From positions 1 to 41,286 of IMG/VR virus record IMGVR_UViG_2851933302_000002: DNA of 41,286 bases; one strand, written 5' to 3'. The DNA is from a virus. Its lineage: Duplodnaviria > Heunggongvirae > Uroviricota > Caudoviricetes. Below the pieces are notes generated by a model that worked only from the letters and a program-made list of their open reading frames with translations, did not search any database and was not told where the DNA came from. This document shows, one piece after another, positions 1 to 8,794 of the stretch. How positions within the stretch are numbered: the stretch's first letter is position 1; each line of letters opens with the position of its first letter. The translations under genes were made by a program, and so were the position numbers.

Positions 1-1131
1 TCAAATGACCAGTTTTTTCCATTCCTTACCGCGTGCGTCGTTGTAAATATCGGTCATTTTTTGATTCGAATGGCCTAGCAAAATTTTGGTATCAACCCCC
101 TGCTCTCTGAACAATCGCTCTGATAAAGATCTCTGCTCATGGAAAGAGGGAGGGGTGCCATTAGCACGCCAGTTGTAATCCACAGAATCCCGGGCTTTTT
201 TAAATGCAACGGTTAATGTTGCTGGCTTAACCATCCCGCCGCGCTTAGCTGTCCCTTTCGCGTGATGGTGGTGCAATAGCCACGGACTAAGAACGCAATC
301 GCGGCAGGATGACACCACATCATCTAGGGTGAGATTTAATTTATCGCAACGCAGAGCCAGAGGGATGGCAATCCGGGTTCCTGTTTTTTGCTGTTCGACA
401 TGAAGATAACCATCCCGGATATCCGAAAATTGCATTTTGCAAATATCTGAAAGGCGCTGGCCTGTCATCAGTGCCAGCAGCATACCGCGCTGTAAAAAGT
501 AACCATCCTTTTCCGCTGCGTTATAAATCATCATCCACTCATCAAAAGTCAGTCGCTGTCTTGATATCCGCACCTGCGGTTTTTTTGCCGATTCTGCAGG
601 GTTAAAGCCTGGCGGGACATCGCCCGTTTGCTGAGCTTCCCGGAAAACATCGATCAGTACTTTCCTGAAAATTTGTCCCATTCTGTTATGTCCTCTGGCC
701 TTGTACTCTTCCAGTACTGATACCACATCTTTTACGGTTATGGCATCTAACGGTCTGGTGCCAAAACGTTCATCAAATACCCTGAGAGGGGCCGCTTTCT
801 GTTTCAGCGTGTTGAGTTTGATCTCGCCGTTTTCATATCTTTCCTGTTGAATTTTTCTGTAATTATTCAGAAAAATGGTAACGGTTGATGAACCGCCGGT
901 ATCACTAATAATTTTCTCCTGCAGACTGAGCATTTGTTCCATTTGCTGCCGGGCAAGACGGCTGTTCGCTTCTGCTGCAATAGTTTCTGCCAGTTTCTGG
1001 TCAATACTGCCGAGACCGTGATTTTTGCCTGTTATGGGATGCCTGTAACGCCAGTAAACTTTGTTATTTCTTTTGTCAAAATACGGAGATAATCCCGGAA
1101 CATCGGTTTTATATTTTCGCGGGCGCGCCAT
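1..1131 (-). CDS. int: Phage integrase (tyrosine recombinase, lambda Int family)
   Basis: 376-aa ORF at the prophage edge. The C-terminal region carries tyrosine-recombinase-like motifs (HxxR, catalytic-Tyr region near the end) as I read them. The start overlaps the upstream xis-like gene. Confidence 0.9.
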   Translation of the reverse strand: MARPRKYKTDVPGLSPYFDKRNNKVYWRYRHPITGKNHGLGSIDQKLAETIAAEANSRLARQQMEQMLSLQEKIISDTGGSSTVTIFLNNYRKIQQERYENGEIKLNTLKQKAAPLRVFDERFGTRPLDAITVKDVVSVLEEYKARGHNRMGQIFRKVLIDVFREAQQTGDVPPGFNPAESAKKPQVRISRQRLTFDEWMMIYNAAEKDGYFLQRGMLLALMTGQRLSDICKMQFSDIRDGYLHVEQQKTGTRIAIPLALRCDKLNLTLDDVVSSCRDCVLSPWLLHHHHAKGTAKRGGMVKPATLTVAFKKARDSVDYNWRANGTPPSFHEQRSLSERLFREQGVDTKILLGHSNQKMTDIYNDARGKEWKKLVI

Positions 1132-1357
1132 CTTCCAGTATCCTCTTCAAAGCAGGGTGATCTGTGGCGATCACCTCCGGCTTGTTTACCATTCCGACAA
1201 AGCGAGCTTGCGGATCCACTCGCCAGCGTCTTCCAACTTTTTTGGGGAGAGGAAATATCATTCCGGCTTTAGCGTATTTACTTAACGTACTCGGAGTAGG
1301 GACCGGTTCACTGAATTCCTCTTTTGCCCACTCAGTGAGCAGAATAAGTCTTGCCAT
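1109..1357 (-). CDS. xis: Excisionase (Xis-like DNA-binding protein)
   Basis: 82-aa ORF immediately upstream of int and overlapping it by 23 nt. Small basic protein with an Xis-like winged-helix segment (FPLPKKVGRRWRV). Position is the classical int-xis one. Confidence 0.7.
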   Translation of the reverse strand: MARLILLTEWAKEEFSEPVPTPSTLSKYAKAGMIFPLPKKVGRRWRVDPQARFVGMVNKPEVIATDHPALKRILEDGAPAKI

Positions 1358-1421
1358 GAGCGTCGTTCGCTAATCATGGTCGCCGCCACTATAGCTGGTG
1401 GGCAACGACCGGGGTTGAACA

Positions 1422-3893
1422 TTAAAAATCAGCCTGATTCGGGATCAGTTTTTGCCAGATAGCTGAAACGTATTTTGCCTGGTAACGGGCATCATCCAGC
1501 GCATTGTGGCGCTCACCTTCGAATGGGATAGCAGTTCTGGCATCGAAGTCTACGGCTTTCCCCAGCTCAACGATTGTGCGTACATCGCGATCGTTGCAGT
1601 AGCGCCACGGGCAGGGGATACCCTGTCGTTCGTATGAACGGCGCAAAATCGTGTTGTCGAAGTTGGCCCCATTACCCCAGACCTGAACAAAAAACTCACC
1701 GGAGTTTTCGTCGATAAATTCCCGCAATTGCAGTAGTGCATCATCTAACGGGATTTCATCGGTCATAATGGCAGACTGCGCTTCACGTGATTGCTTCAGC
1801 CACCATTTAATGACGTCACGATCAATGACTCCGCCAGCAGTATCCAGATCGATGGTCTTGCTAAATTCTGGTCCCATATCTCCGGTTTGCGGATCGAAAA
1901 ATATTGCGCCTATTGAGATAATCGGGGCATCGGGATTTTTTCCCATGGTTTCAAGGTCGATCATCAGATGAATCCCCGCTCTGCTGGTGGATGTGAGATT
2001 ATGATGACTGTTCGCCTTAATTAAGGGATCTGACGCCTCGCCAGTTTCACTATCGCTGGCATGATGCTGATTGCCGCCAGTGTTCTCCTTGTGCTGATGT
2101 GCAGTACCTTCCATTTCCTCCGGATCATTTTCCTGAACTTCAGGCTGATTCTCTTCATCGAATATTTCCTGGTATGTTGCGTCGCCCATCACCGCGCCAC
2201 AATCAGGGCAGTTGCCGCCGCCGGTCTGACCGCAGGCGGTGCAGACTTTTTCCGGTTCCTGTTGCGCCACTGGTTCAGGCTGTTTCGTTTCTGGCTCGTT
2301 TTGTAACGCATTTGGGCTGTTTTGTTCCGCTTTCTGGTCGTTCTGTTCCGTTTCTTGCTGGTTCTGGTTCACAGAATCGCGGGTTTCAATCCCCTTCACC
2401 CATTTCGGATCATTCGGGTCGCTAATCCCTGCAACAAATTCACCACGTGATGCGGCGAGCAACTGATTGGCGTCAGGCTGGCTGATATTGGCTGCCTGCA
2501 TAATTTTCTTTACTTCGTCAGCGGTAACTTTTACCGGTTCTGGTTGTTCAGAATTTTGTGCGGTATTTGCATTTTGCGGTAAGCCTGTGTATGTGCCATT
2601 TTTTCGGGCAAAATATTCTTCTTTTGTGATTTCAGTAGCCCCGGCAGCCAGCGCCTTATCCAGACCAGAAAGTTTGTTTGCGCGACCGTATTTTTCGCAA
2701 TCCTTGTCGGTGAAGAAGAAGTAGAACGGCCCCTCACGCTCTACAGATGGTTCGACTTCCACTTTGCATTCGGTTTTTTCGTTGTCCGGAATTGCCGTTT
2801 CCACTGCATCAGTTTCTGGTACTGGCGACGAGAGAGTGTCAGTTGCGCTCTGATTTGTTCCTTCATCTTCAAACACGCCCTTTGTAGTCAGGTATTCAGT
2901 AATGTATTTGTTCAGTGCCACAGGGTCTTTGTGAATGTCGATCGGACGTTCACGGACAAGGCCAAAAATAGTCTGGCGGTCGTAGCGAAGGGCATCAGGC
3001 TGTTTGCGCATTGATGCCGAGATACTCTTCCAGTCTTCGCGGTCGTTGTCGATAACTTCATTTTTTGCCCAGCGATGGATGCTGCCGTCAATGTTTCCGG
3101 CATCCACATCACCAGGCCAGAGAGCGTAGGCCAGTTCGTCATCCAGTGTTTTCCATGTCTGCTTATATTCGCGACGAATGACTGCAGTGACAGGGGGGAT
3201 TTTTTCTGCTGAGTTTTCAGTGTGCTGTCGGTGGACTCTGGCGCGGGCGAGATCAACAACAGACGTGTATTTTCCGGTTTCCTTGCGTTCACCTTCGCGA
3301 CGTTTTTTCCAGATGCGCATCTCTGCCTGAATTTCGGGCCATTTGGCACCAGGCTTACATTTATGCTTAACCCACCCGATGGCATGCAGCTTAAGCTCCG
3401 GATACATGGCGTTAACTTCTGGCATTTTCATCAACGCTTCAACGATATGTCCGTCGAATGTTGCCATGTCTTCCTGCAACAATTCCTGCGCGCTAATCAC
3501 CATATCAACGGTGATGTTTTCACATGTGTCGAACTTAACCATGACAGCGTTCTGTACTTCAGGGGCCAGCTTGTCAAAAGCGACGTTCATCGGATCTGAT
3601 TCAGTCTCAACCGGGACAAAGGAAGTAGCCCCCTCATCCCAGCGGTTTTCCTGCATATATTCAGCATCCCATGAATCGAGGGCAGGGCGGGGTATACCGG
3701 GTTTATCCTCGCAAACAAGAAATTTATAAGCGCAGTCCTGAGCAGCCGGATAATGCTCCAGGAATTGCCAGTGAAATTTTGCGCGGGCGCGACGTTCATC
3801 ACCGGCTTCAATGGCAGTGGCTACAGCGACTGCACCTTCTTCCTTTATTGCCTGTTCGTCCGGAATGGCGGCGCAAATAAAGACTTTACTCAT
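1422..3893 (-). CDS. Large phage exonuclease with C-terminal DnaQ-like DEDDh 3'-5' exonuclease domain and internal zinc ribbon
   Basis: 823-aa ORF. C-terminal DEDDh motifs are visible: Exo I (IDLET), Exo II (NGANFDNTIL), Exo III (HNALDDARYQ). A central CTACG...CPDCG zinc ribbon is flanked by Q/E/N-rich low-complexity linker. Sits where exo/recE genes lie in lambdoid prophages; no recT/bet partner is seen. Confidence 0.75.
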   Translation of the reverse strand: MSKVFICAAIPDEQAIKEEGAVAVATAIEAGDERRARAKFHWQFLEHYPAAQDCAYKFLVCEDKPGIPRPALDSWDAEYMQENRWDEGATSFVPVETESDPMNVAFDKLAPEVQNAVMVKFDTCENITVDMVISAQELLQEDMATFDGHIVEALMKMPEVNAMYPELKLHAIGWVKHKCKPGAKWPEIQAEMRIWKKRREGERKETGKYTSVVDLARARVHRQHTENSAEKIPPVTAVIRREYKQTWKTLDDELAYALWPGDVDAGNIDGSIHRWAKNEVIDNDREDWKSISASMRKQPDALRYDRQTIFGLVRERPIDIHKDPVALNKYITEYLTTKGVFEDEGTNQSATDTLSSPVPETDAVETAIPDNEKTECKVEVEPSVEREGPFYFFFTDKDCEKYGRANKLSGLDKALAAGATEITKEEYFARKNGTYTGLPQNANTAQNSEQPEPVKVTADEVKKIMQAANISQPDANQLLAASRGEFVAGISDPNDPKWVKGIETRDSVNQNQQETEQNDQKAEQNSPNALQNEPETKQPEPVAQQEPEKVCTACGQTGGGNCPDCGAVMGDATYQEIFDEENQPEVQENDPEEMEGTAHQHKENTGGNQHHASDSETGEASDPLIKANSHHNLTSTSRAGIHLMIDLETMGKNPDAPIISIGAIFFDPQTGDMGPEFSKTIDLDTAGGVIDRDVIKWWLKQSREAQSAIMTDEIPLDDALLQLREFIDENSGEFFVQVWGNGANFDNTILRRSYERQGIPCPWRYCNDRDVRTIVELGKAVDFDARTAIPFEGERHNALDDARYQAKYVSAIWQKLIPNQADF

Positions 3894-3985
3894 TTTGTTT
3901 TACCTCATTACAGATTTAAGGGTGAACAAATCCCTGCCATTGCTGGCATATAAGAATGAAATCGGATGTTTATTACGGAACTGTT

Positions 3986-4231
3986 TTAAAGACCTGCCGG
4001 GATTTCGCTATTATCCTGGTGAATAACTTTATCGACAGGGTAACAGTTACCGGGAATTTTCTGTTCGGTTGCTGCAGTCACACACTCCTGCATTGTCCTG
4101 TGAACACTGACTGCAATATCAACTGGCTCTCCGGAAACAAGAAAAACTGTCAGAACAAGTGCAAATGCTGTATTCATTGCCAGCATCCTTTTTGTATCGG
4201 ACGTAAACGGGCCAGCATTGAAAGAATGCAT
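3986..4231 (-). CDS. Hypothetical small protein with predicted N-terminal signal peptide (early-left operon)
   Basis: ORF on the leftward operon strand. Hydrophobic N-terminus (MLAMNTAFALVLTVFLVSG) followed by a polar domain with 2 Cys. The real start may be the internal Met at 4186. Confidence 0.3.
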   Translation of the reverse strand: MHSFNAGPFTSDTKRMLAMNTAFALVLTVFLVSGEPVDIAVSVHRTMQECVTAATEQKIPGNCYPVDKVIHQDNSEIPAGL

Positions 4232-4362
4232 ATTTTATTTAATAACTCCCGTTCGTGTTTTCTCTTGTTAATGGCATCTTCAGTAAATACAGGGTTACTG
4301 ATAGTGACACCAATTTCAAAACAACCTTCAGACGTATTAACGTTTGGTAATAACGTTTCCAT
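4174..4362 (-). CDS. Hypothetical small protein (early-left operon)
   Basis: 62-aa version of track ORF 4174..4467, starting at an ATG preceded by GAGGA at about -9. Function unknown. Confidence 0.3.
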   Translation of the reverse strand: METLLPNVNTSEGCFEIGVTISNPVFTEDAINKRKHERELLNKICILSMLARLRPIQKGCWQ

Positions 4363-4911
4363 TATCGCGTCCTCAACAATGAATTTTGTGATGCGGTGCC
4401 TGGTGCCTCCAGGTGACGTTAACCAGTTAACAATTAACGCCGGATACAGAGAATCCACCCATAACACTGTTTTTGGTTTTAACTGTTCCGCGTGCGCTTA
4501 GCCGCATTCACTGCATCACAAAATTCACTTTAAAAAGGGTGGCAGAGCAGTCACGGAGTAGAACTGATGCCACCAAAGACTACACATGGATATTGTGGCG
4601 GGGCTGTCACTTAAGCGTATGGTCAGCCTGACAACCCGGTGTCCTCAAGGGGAAGGAATAACCCCGCCATACTTACCGCCGCGCCATTTCGCGGATTGCC
4701 ACAACCGGAAGCGCACGGTCGAATTAAATTTAACGACAAAGTACAGAGAGACGAGCTTCTCCGTGTGCTTTCGCGTTATGCTCTGACTTTTCAGAGAAAT
4801 ATCCTTTCAGTAAACTGTCAGTGCCGGATGTTCACCCGTGTCCGGCGCACGCACTCCACTTCACCCGTGGAGAACTCCTTAATTACCAACCTTAGCTTCG
4901 TTGGTTAGCTA

Positions 4912-5130
4912 TTAACGCGGGTATGTAATCATTCTGGCAATGCTTAATGCCGCTGCTTTTTCCAGATTGGTGATATCCTGCTCCAGAGCGGACAGATTTT
5001 CAGCCTGCTTAGCCCTGGCTTCATTGGCCCATTTCAGATCCTGCGCTGCATTAATTTTCTGGCGCATCCACTCATAAAGTTCATCATCGGTATAGTCTGG
5101 CGCGATGATGACGGGTTCTCGTTTCTGCAT
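4912..5130 (-). CDS. Hypothetical small protein, predicted coiled coil (early-left operon)
   Basis: 72-aa ORF with a strong SD (AAGGAG, 5-nt spacing). Same strand as the leftward operon. No recognisable family. Confidence 0.5.
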   Translation of the reverse strand: MQKREPVIIAPDYTDDELYEWMRQKINAAQDLKWANEARAKQAENLSALEQDITNLEKAAALSIARMITYPR

Positions 5131-5201
5131 GTCGGCTCCTTGTGGTTAGCGTTGCCTGCTTTTAACCACGTCAGGCGAGGTGGTATCCTCTGAGGGGTCT
5201 G

Positions 5202-5558
5202 TTACTCGAGAGGAAATTGGTTATGAGTACAATCAAGTTTTCTTGCCCAGAATGTGGTGGCGAAGTCTTTGACACATCCTTTAAGCCGCAGGGCTCTGAC
5301 AGTTTCGCGGGAGCCATCTGCAAAAATTGTGGTCACCTTGTAACTGAAGATGAGTCCTCGCAGTTCGATGACGAAATCGTTGACAATATCTTCGGTGCAC
5401 TCACCAGAGACTTTCTGAAGTAAAGGCGCATACCGCTTAGTTACCGCTCTGATAATTCTTACCTGTCCGGCAATGGCGCTGATGTCAATATAAAGCGCCA
5501 TTGCTGCTTCTTTGCCGATCCCGGGATGCCTTCCATTCTGATGTTTGACTTCGCCCAC
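5202..5558 (-). CDS. Hypothetical protein, first gene downstream of the pL-like promoter
   Basis: 118-aa ORF, GTG start with AGAGGA SD. Fits leftward operon logic, but fully overlaps a plausible plus-strand zinc-ribbon ORF. Confidence 0.35.
   Translation of the reverse strand: MGEVKHQNGRHPGIGKEAAMALYIDISAIAGQVRIIRAVTKRYAPLLQKVSGECTEDIVNDFVIELRGLIFSYKVTTIFADGSRETVRALRLKGCVKDFATTFWARKLDCTHNQFPLE
5223..5423 (+). CDS. Hypothetical zinc-ribbon protein (CxxC-x26-CxxC), antisense to the leftward operon
   Basis: 66-aa ORF with SD GAGAGGA and two CxxC pairs (CPECGG ... CKNCGH). Lies entirely inside minus-strand ORF 5202..5558; only one of the two is likely real. Confidence 0.3.
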   Translation: MSTIKFSCPECGGEVFDTSFKPQGSDSFAGAICKNCGHLVTEDESSQFDDEIVDNIFGALTRDFLK

Positions 5559-5740
5559 TGAGAAATCCTCTGTTTCCCCTTAACGCCGGGGTAGCGGAAC
5601 AAAAACCTGCTGCATAGTTATTAAAGTTGAACCCTGCCGTCATGTTCTTACGCCTCGGGCTGGCTACTTAACCCCTGACCACTGCCTGGTAACTCGAAGT
5701 ATTGCCCTGCATTCTGTGGGGCGGGGTGGGTGGCAGGTAT

Positions 5741-5790
5741 ATAATGTACTTTGCGTTCATTGTTGTAAAGTACTTTTAGTACATTTTGTG
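5741..5790 (-). promoter_or_regulatory. pL-like early-left promoter with overlapping operator repeats
   Basis: On the minus strand: -35 TTTACA (plus coordinates 5764-5769), 17-nt spacer, -10 CATTAT (5741-5746). Overlaps operator motif ATGTACT-N4-GTTC (5744-5758) and a GTAC-rich near-palindrome (5768-5788). Confidence 0.45.
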
Positions 5791-5859
5791 TGTAAAAAAA
5801 TGAGATGGGATAAAGTGAAGCACAAACCCGGAGGAAGGCGCTACCGGATTTATGCTGGT

Positions 5860-6279
5860 TTAAGAGGCTTTTTGTTTTTTCTTTCGTGCTAACTCTTCGT
5901 AAATTGCATTGTACTTCTGTTTTTTCTCTTCAAGAGTTTTTAAAAGTTCATCTGTCTCACTGTCAGGGAGCTCGTCCAGAAGGTCAATGATGATTTTTTG
6001 TCTTGGATTTAACTCCTGATAGAAACGTACCTGTCCACTTTCTTCTGTATCCTCTCCCAAAAGATAGGTTGGTGTTGTTCCTATTAGTGTTGCTAATTCC
6101 CTTAATTTCTCCCGGCGAGGAATTGTTTCGCCATTAAACCATTTGCTAACCGCTTTTGGTGTTAATTTCATTCGACGGGCAATTTCTGCCTGCCTTCCAT
6201 GTTGTTCATAACCAGCGTTTTCACAGGCTAGCGCAAGCCTACTGGCGAACTCTTTACGCGCTTTATCTTCATGAACCAT
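5860..6279 (-). CDS. Prophage repressor, XRE-family HTH (RacR/CI-like, no peptidase domain)
   Basis: 139-aa ORF with an N-terminal HTH (QAEIARRMKLTPKAVSKWFNGE). Divergent from the cro-like gene, with operator repeats in the intergenic region. Confidence 0.85.
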   Translation of the reverse strand: MVHEDKARKEFASRLALACENAGYEQHGRQAEIARRMKLTPKAVSKWFNGETIPRREKLRELATLIGTTPTYLLGEDTEESGQVRFYQELNPRQKIIIDLLDELPDSETDELLKTLEEKKQKYNAIYEELARKKKQKAS

Positions 6280-6299
6280 AAGTTCAATGATATTCGCTC

Positions 6300-6342
6300 T
6301 TGAATGTACTGTCAGTTCTGTTATAGCATGTACTCAAAGTTC
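6300..6342. promoter_or_regulatory. Divergent immunity-region promoter/operator (pR/pRM-like)
   Basis: Two direct copies of ATGTACT-N4-GTTC (6304-6318 and 6328-6342) lie between the repressor and cro-like starts. A candidate rightward promoter (-35 TTGAAT 6300-6305, -10 TATAGC 6322-6327) overlaps them. Confidence 0.45.
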
Positions 6343-6358
6343 ACATTGTGAGGGTGAT

Positions 6359-6613
6359 ATGAACCAGAAAACACTTGAAGATGTAATCAAAACTGTTCGC
6401 GTTGCTGTTGTGGCCGACGTTTGTGGTGTCAGCCAAAGAGCAATCTATAAATGGATGGATAACGGAAAATTGCCTCGCACAGAATATACCGGCGAAACAA
6501 ATTACGCTGAAAAAATCGCTCTTGCATCAAACGGATTATTTTCTGCCGATGCAATTTTAACTATTGGCAGGAATAAAACTACTACGAAAAAGCTGATGGG
6601 AGTTGATTCATGA
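6359..6613 (+). CDS. Cro-like / YdaS-like HTH regulator
   Basis: 84-aa ORF from the ATG at 6359 with SD GAGGGTG. HTH segment DVCGVSQRAIYKW. Translationally coupled to the next gene through an ATGA overlap. Confidence 0.7.
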   Translation: MNQKTLEDVIKTVRVAVVADVCGVSQRAIYKWMDNGKLPRTEYTGETNYAEKIALASNGLFSADAILTIGRNKTTTKKLMGVDS

Positions 6614-7035
6614 AAATCAAGCATGAACACATCCGCATGGCGATGAATGCCTGGGCGCATCCGGACGGCGAAAAAGTACCGGCTGCGAAAATTACCAAAG
6701 CGTATTTCGAGCTGGGAATGACGTTCCCGGAACTGTATGACGACAGCCATCCGGAAGCCCTGGCCCGTAATACCCAGAAAATTTTCCGTTGGCTGGATAA
6801 AGACACCCCTGATGCTGTTGAAAAAATGCAGGCTCTGTTACCGGCGATCGAAAAGGCGATGCCGCCTTTGCTGGTGGCCCGTATGCGCAGCCACAGTTCT
6901 GAATATTACCGTGAGATCGTCGAACGGAGGGATCGGCTGGTGAAGGATGTCGATGATTTTGTTGCGTCAGCGGTTGTTTTGTATGACCAGATGAATCGCG
7001 GCGGCCCGGCAGGGAATGCTGTGGTGATGCACTAA
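6610..7035 (+). CDS. YdaT-like protein (Rac-type early region)
   Basis: 141-aa ORF beginning MKIKHEHI. Assigned from the position after the cro/YdaS-like gene and recalled similarity to the YdaT family. Confidence 0.55.
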   Translation: MKIKHEHIRMAMNAWAHPDGEKVPAAKITKAYFELGMTFPELYDDSHPEALARNTQKIFRWLDKDTPDAVEKMQALLPAIEKAMPPLLVARMRSHSSEYYREIVERRDRLVKDVDDFVASAVVLYDQMNRGGPAGNAVVMH

Positions 7036-7042
7036 AAGCACG

Positions 7043-8020
7043 GTGTTCGGGGGGGTTATGAGCAGCAAGCTTCATGGTCTTGTCTGGGAAGGGTGCGCCT
7101 TCACCGGCATGATCTTATCCAGGGTGGCGGTTATGGCCCGTCTTGCAGACTACAGCAATGACGAGGGCGTGTCATGGCCTGCCATTGAAACTATCCGGCG
7201 TCAGATCGGTGCAAGAAGTGAATCCACAGTGAAATCGGCTATTGCAGAACTGGCGAAAGAGGGCTGGCTGACGAAGGAAGAGCGTAAGGTCGGTGGGCGT
7301 AATGTAAGCAATATCTATCGGCTTAATGTGGAAAAACTCGAAGCAGCTGCGGCGGCGGCGCGTGAGTCATATAAACCGAAAAGAAAAATTAGCCCGGCAA
7401 AAAATGACCCGTTAACAGTTGACCCGTCAAATATTGACCCCTCAACGGTTGACCCGTCAAATTTTGATGGATCAACTGTTGATAAAAAACTGCCGATTAG
7501 GGGGGCGATGATTGACCCCGATCCGTCAGTATTAAAACCTGATCCGTCAGATAAAAGATCTTCTTGTCCGGACGCTTCGCAACCGGACCCGCAGACGGCT
7601 GAACAGGATTTTTTAACCCGACACCCTGACGCGGTTGTGTTCAGTGCGAAAAAACGCCAGTGGGGAAGTCAGGAAGATTTGGTGTGCGCACAGTGGATCT
7701 GGGGACGAATCGTGAGTCTTTACGAGCAGGCGGCCAGCTATGATGGCGAGATCACTAGACCGAAAGAACCCAACTGGACAGCATGGGCCAATGACGTTCG
7801 CACAATGCGGATGCTGGATGGCAGAACTCACAGACAAATTTGTGAAATGTTTGGGCGTCTCCAGCGGGATTCGTTCTGGGTAAAAAACATCATGAGTCCG
7901 GCAAAACTCCGGGAAAAATGGGATGAACTGGTTATCCGCCTGGGGCGTTCGCCTGCGCAGCGTTGCGTGAATCACATTTCTGAACCGGACACTGAAATAC
8001 CGCCGGGATTCAGGGGGTGA
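7043..8020 (+). CDS. Replication initiation protein (O-like, N-terminal winged helix) with internal iteron-like repeats
   Basis: 325-aa ORF with an N-terminal HTH-like segment. The coding sequence holds 12-bp direct repeats (TTGACCCGTCAA type, 7404-7460) and GATCCGTCAG repeats (7520-7550), as in a lambda-type ori inside O. Followed by a DnaC-like gene. Confidence 0.75.
   Translation: MFGGVMSSKLHGLVWEGCAFTGMILSRVAVMARLADYSNDEGVSWPAIETIRRQIGARSESTVKSAIAELAKEGWLTKEERKVGGRNVSNIYRLNVEKLEAAAAAARESYKPKRKISPAKNDPLTVDPSNIDPSTVDPSNFDGSTVDKKLPIRGAMIDPDPSVLKPDPSDKRSSCPDASQPDPQTAEQDFLTRHPDAVVFSAKKRQWGSQEDLVCAQWIWGRIVSLYEQAASYDGEITRPKEPNWTAWANDVRTMRMLDGRTHRQICEMFGRLQRDSFWVKNIMSPAKLREKWDELVIRLGRSPAQRCVNHISEPDTEIPPGFRG
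7404..7550 (+). repeat. Candidate replication origin iterons inside the initiator gene
   Basis: Four copies of (A/T)TGACCC(G/C)T(T/C)AA at 15-bp spacing (7404-7415, 7419-7430, 7434-7445, 7449-7460), then an A-rich stretch and two GATCCGTCAG copies (7520-7529, 7541-7550). Confidence 0.55.
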
Positions 8021-8026
8021 CGTGTC

Positions 8027-8773
8027 ATGAAAAACATTGCGGCAGTTGGGGTTCTTGAACGTATTCGCAGACTTGCACCACAGGGGTCGGTTCCACCGTA
8101 CCGGACGGTGGAGGAGTGGCGGGAATGGCAACTTGCTGAAGGACGAAAACGCAGCGAGGAGATTAACCGCCAGAATCGCCAGTTGCGGGTGGAAAAAATC
8201 CTGAATCGTTCGGGCATCCAGCCTCTGCACAGCAAATGCTCGTTTGCAAATTATCAGGTGCAGAACGACGGGCAAAAATACGCGCTGAGCCAGGCCAAAT
8301 CCATAGCTGACGAACTGATGACCGGGTGCACGAATTTTGTGTTCAGCGGTAAAACCGGCACCGGGAAAAATCACCTTGCAGCGGCGATGGGCAACCGGCT
8401 GATGGTGAAGGGGCGCAGCGTGATTATCGTCACCGTGTCTGACGTCATGAGCGTGTTGCATGACAGCTACGACAACGGCAAATCCGGGGAAAAATTTTTA
8501 CAGGAGCTTTGCGGGGTTGATTTGCTGGTCCTGGATGAAATAGGCGTTCAGCGGGAGACGAAAAACGAGCAGGTGGTATTGCACCAGATAATTGATCGCC
8601 GGACAGCATCACTGTGCAGTGTCGGGATGTTAACAAACCTGAATCATGCCGCAATGAGTACGCTTCTTGGTGAGAGGATTATGGACCGCATGACCATGAA
8701 CGGTGGTCGATGGGTGACGTTTAACTGGGATAGCTGGCGTCCAAATGTCAGCAATATGAGGGTTGTGAAGTAA
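8027..8773 (+). CDS. DnaC-like helicase loader / replication ATPase (AAA+)
   Basis: 248-aa ORF with Walker A GKTGTGKNHL and Walker B LLVLDEIG. Lies immediately downstream of the initiator gene. Confidence 0.85.
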   Translation: MKNIAAVGVLERIRRLAPQGSVPPYRTVEEWREWQLAEGRKRSEEINRQNRQLRVEKILNRSGIQPLHSKCSFANYQVQNDGQKYALSQAKSIADELMTGCTNFVFSGKTGTGKNHLAAAMGNRLMVKGRSVIIVTVSDVMSVLHDSYDNGKSGEKFLQELCGVDLLVLDEIGVQRETKNEQVVLHQIIDRRTASLCSVGMLTNLNHAAMSTLLGERIMDRMTMNGGRWVTFNWDSWRPNVSNMRVVK

Positions 8774-8794
8774 TTTTGTCCGGAGGAAATTTTA

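Noticed and set aside
3956-4501. 181-aa plus-strand Cys-rich ORF in the early-left region
   Set aside because: Opposite to the operon strand and overlapping better-supported minus-strand small ORFs. Odd composition and no RBS.
7613-8461. 282-aa minus-strand ORF spanning the initiator and DnaC-like genes
   Set aside because: Antisense to two well-supported plus-strand genes, no RBS, and a composition-driven frame (Arg/Pro/His-rich). Treated as spurious.
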